From positions 1 to 56,617 of the forward strand of contig CAYSKR010000076.1 of assembly GCA_964431675.1 (NCBI GenBank): a stretch of DNA of 56,617 bases. The letters are read 5' to 3'. The position numbers were made by a program, and so were the translations under genes. The stretch is from an uncultured Myxococcales bacterium. GTDB lineage: Bacteria; Myxococcota_A; Polyangia; Fen-1088. Shown here piece by piece: positions 55,115-56,617 of the stretch (the first letter of the stretch is position 1; every line of letters begins with the position of its first letter). Below the pieces are notes generated by a model, which saw nothing but the letters and a program-made list of their open reading frames with translations, had not been told where the DNA came from and searched no databases.

Positions 55115-56617
55115 ATGACTTTCAAACGGCGGGCGTTGGGGGCGCTGACGAGGATCGAGTTGCTGGAGGTTGGCAAGGTGCTGGACCTGGATCTCAGCAC
55201 GGGGATGCGGCTGGAGGAGTTGATCGACGAGGTGGCGGGCAGCAAGCGGGCGACGCTGGATCGAATTCTGCCCATGCTGGCGCGGGATACGTTGAAGTCG
55301 GTCTGTTTCGCGGTGGGCGAGCCGGCGGAGGGGCGCGAGAAGCAAATCATCATCGACCGCATCCTGGCGGCTTCGGCGGGGGACGATCGACCTGGGGCGA
55401 AGGGCAAGAAAACGGGCACGGCAAGTCAGGCCGACGCTGGTTTTGCGCTGACTCCTGCGGCACCGGCCCAGCCGTCGCTTCCCTGGGTCGCGCCGATCGC
55501 GCCGATGCACGCGCCGGTTGCTCCGGCGGTGTCGGCGACCCGTTCGGCCCCGGCCGCGCCGCGCACGGAGGCGGTCGATGAACTGCCCCCGGTCGCGGTG
55601 CCAGCACCGGGCCTGATCCCTCCGGTGCCGCGCGCACCGTCGAGCCGCGAGATCACGTTGGACGTGACGGCGCGCAAGCCGCGCCTGGCGTGGCAGGGGA
55701 TGTGGCGCAAGGAGGCGGTGGTGTCGGTGCCGACGCAAGTGGTCGAGATTGTGCGGCCGGGGCGCGCGGTGGATCGCGGGCAGCAGCTTGCGGTGGACAC
55801 GCGCACGGTCGAGGCACGCGACGTCGGCGGGATGCCGGCGAACCGGCTGATCTGGACCAACGACAACTTGGTCGCGCTGGCGACGCTGCTGGAAGAAAAG
55901 GATCCGGTCACGCGCGACTGGCGGTATCGCGGCAAGGTGGACCTTGTCTATATCGATCCGCCGTTCATGGTGAACAACGACTTCCGGGCGGACAACACCA
56001 TCGACATCGATCTGGACGACGAGGCGCACGTCCAGGTGAAGAAGGAGCCGTCGCTGGTCGAGATCCTCGCCTACAAGGACACCTGGCGGCAGGGGCTGGA
56101 CAGCTTCTTGACGATGCTGCGTCGGCGGCTGGAGCTACTGAAGGAACTGCTGGCGCCGACGGGCAGCATCTACGTGCATTTGGATTGGCACGCGGTTCAC
56201 TACGTCAAGGTGCTGATGGACGAGATTTTCGGATATGAGAATTTCGTCAACGAAATCGTTTGGCGGCGGCAAACTGCGCACACCGACCTGGCCCAGGGGG
56301 CCAAGCATCTTGGTCGAACACACGACACGATGTTGCTCTATTCGTCGGGGTCTTCCTTCTACGTCGCTCCGCAGTACACCGCGTACGACGATTCGTACAT
56401 CGCGTCCCATTACAAGTCGCGGGATGAAGGGGGACGCCGCTTTCAGCTGGGCGACATCACCGGTCGAGGGGGCGCTGCAAAGGGGAACGCCTATTACGAA
56501 CTCCTGGGGCACACGCGTTTTTGGGCAATTGCTCAGGACAAGGCGCAAGACTTGGTCCGAAAGGGACTGATTGTTCAGTCCTCACCGGGTGCCATTCCAC
56601 GATTCAAACGATTCCTC
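55115..56617 (+). CDS. site-specific DNA methyltransferase (beta-class N6A/N4C, type III Mod-like), 5' part; continues past the right edge
   Basis: Absent from the ORF track (no stop in window). Translation from ATG 55115 stays open for 501 codons. N-terminal helical module, Pro/Ala linker, then NRLIWTNDNL, VDLVYIDPPF (motif IV), GSIYVHLDWH, LMDEIFGYENFVNEIVW. Confidence 0.85.
   Translation, partial: MTFKRRALGALTRIELLEVGKVLDLDLSTGMRLEELIDEVAGSKRATLDRILPMLARDTLKSVCFAVGEPAEGREKQIIIDRILAASAGDDRPGAKGKKTGTASQADAGFALTPAAPAQPSLPWVAPIAPMHAPVAPAVSATRSAPAAPRTEAVDELPPVAVPAPGLIPPVPRAPSSREITLDVTARKPRLAWQGMWRKEAVVSVPTQVVEIVRPGRAVDRGQQLAVDTRTVEARDVGGMPANRLIWTNDNLVALATLLEEKDPVTRDWRYRGKVDLVYIDPPFMVNNDFRADNTIDIDLDDEAHVQVKKEPSLVEILAYKDTWRQGLDSFLTMLRRRLELLKELLAPTGSIYVHLDWHAVHYVKVLMDEIFGYENFVNEIVWRRQTAHTDLAQGAKHLGRTHDTMLLYSSGSSFYVAPQYTAYDDSYIASHYKSRDEGGRRFQLGDITGRGGAAKGNAYYELLGHTRFWAIAQDKAQDLVRKGLIVQSSPGAIPRFKRFL

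Overview
High-GC bacterial chromosome segment. MYXO-CTERM-like sorting tail, thrombospondin type-3 repeats, several Hanks-type kinases, many lipoproteins and Pro/Ala-rich linkers suggest a myxobacterium-like deltaproteobacterium (inference only, no search run). Most of the window is densely packed core genes. Left to right: partial Ser/Thr kinase; acyl-CoA ligase; a compact toxin-antitoxin island (MqsA-like, MazF pair, PIN pair, lone RHH) around an MsrB-MsrA fusion; DUF3500; ComF. Then the classic tRNA-Val/thrS-infC-rpmI-rplT-pheS-pheT-ihfA cluster with MerR and tRNA-Pro; surE; LysM/M23 lipoprotein; msrP-msrQ-DUF885; tRNA-Arg; and a lipoprotein + fcl-gmd-rmlD-like sugar operon. Next come a HEAT/HAMP/PilZ group, a CarboxypepD_reg-repeat lipoprotein, tmk, and an atypical zinc-ribbon kinase. 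A minus-strand epimerase-gmk-relA/spoT operon follows, then two large uncharacterised secreted proteins (36.5-41.2 kb), an orphan family-5 solute-binding protein, a TPR/(PAP)n protein, polA and tamB plus a 1013-aa Omp85. A DNA methyltransferase gene runs off the right edge. No rRNA, CRISPR, IS element, integrase or prophage gene was seen. Best candidates for undescribed biology: (i) the two-gene secreted module at 36.3-41.2 kb; (ii) the methyltransferase at the right edge, with visibly different codon choice, possibly the start of a restriction/defence island; (iii) the HEAT-HAMP / PilZ divergent group. Several promoter-like hexamer pairs place the predicted transcription start on or next to the start codon (leaderless geometry), and all three tRNAs sit tightly between protein genes. 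Limits: no homology or structure tools were used. Functions rest on motifs recognised by eye. CDS coordinates come from the supplied ORF track with internal starts computed from residue index. Hand-counted non-CDS coordinates may be off by 1-2 nt.
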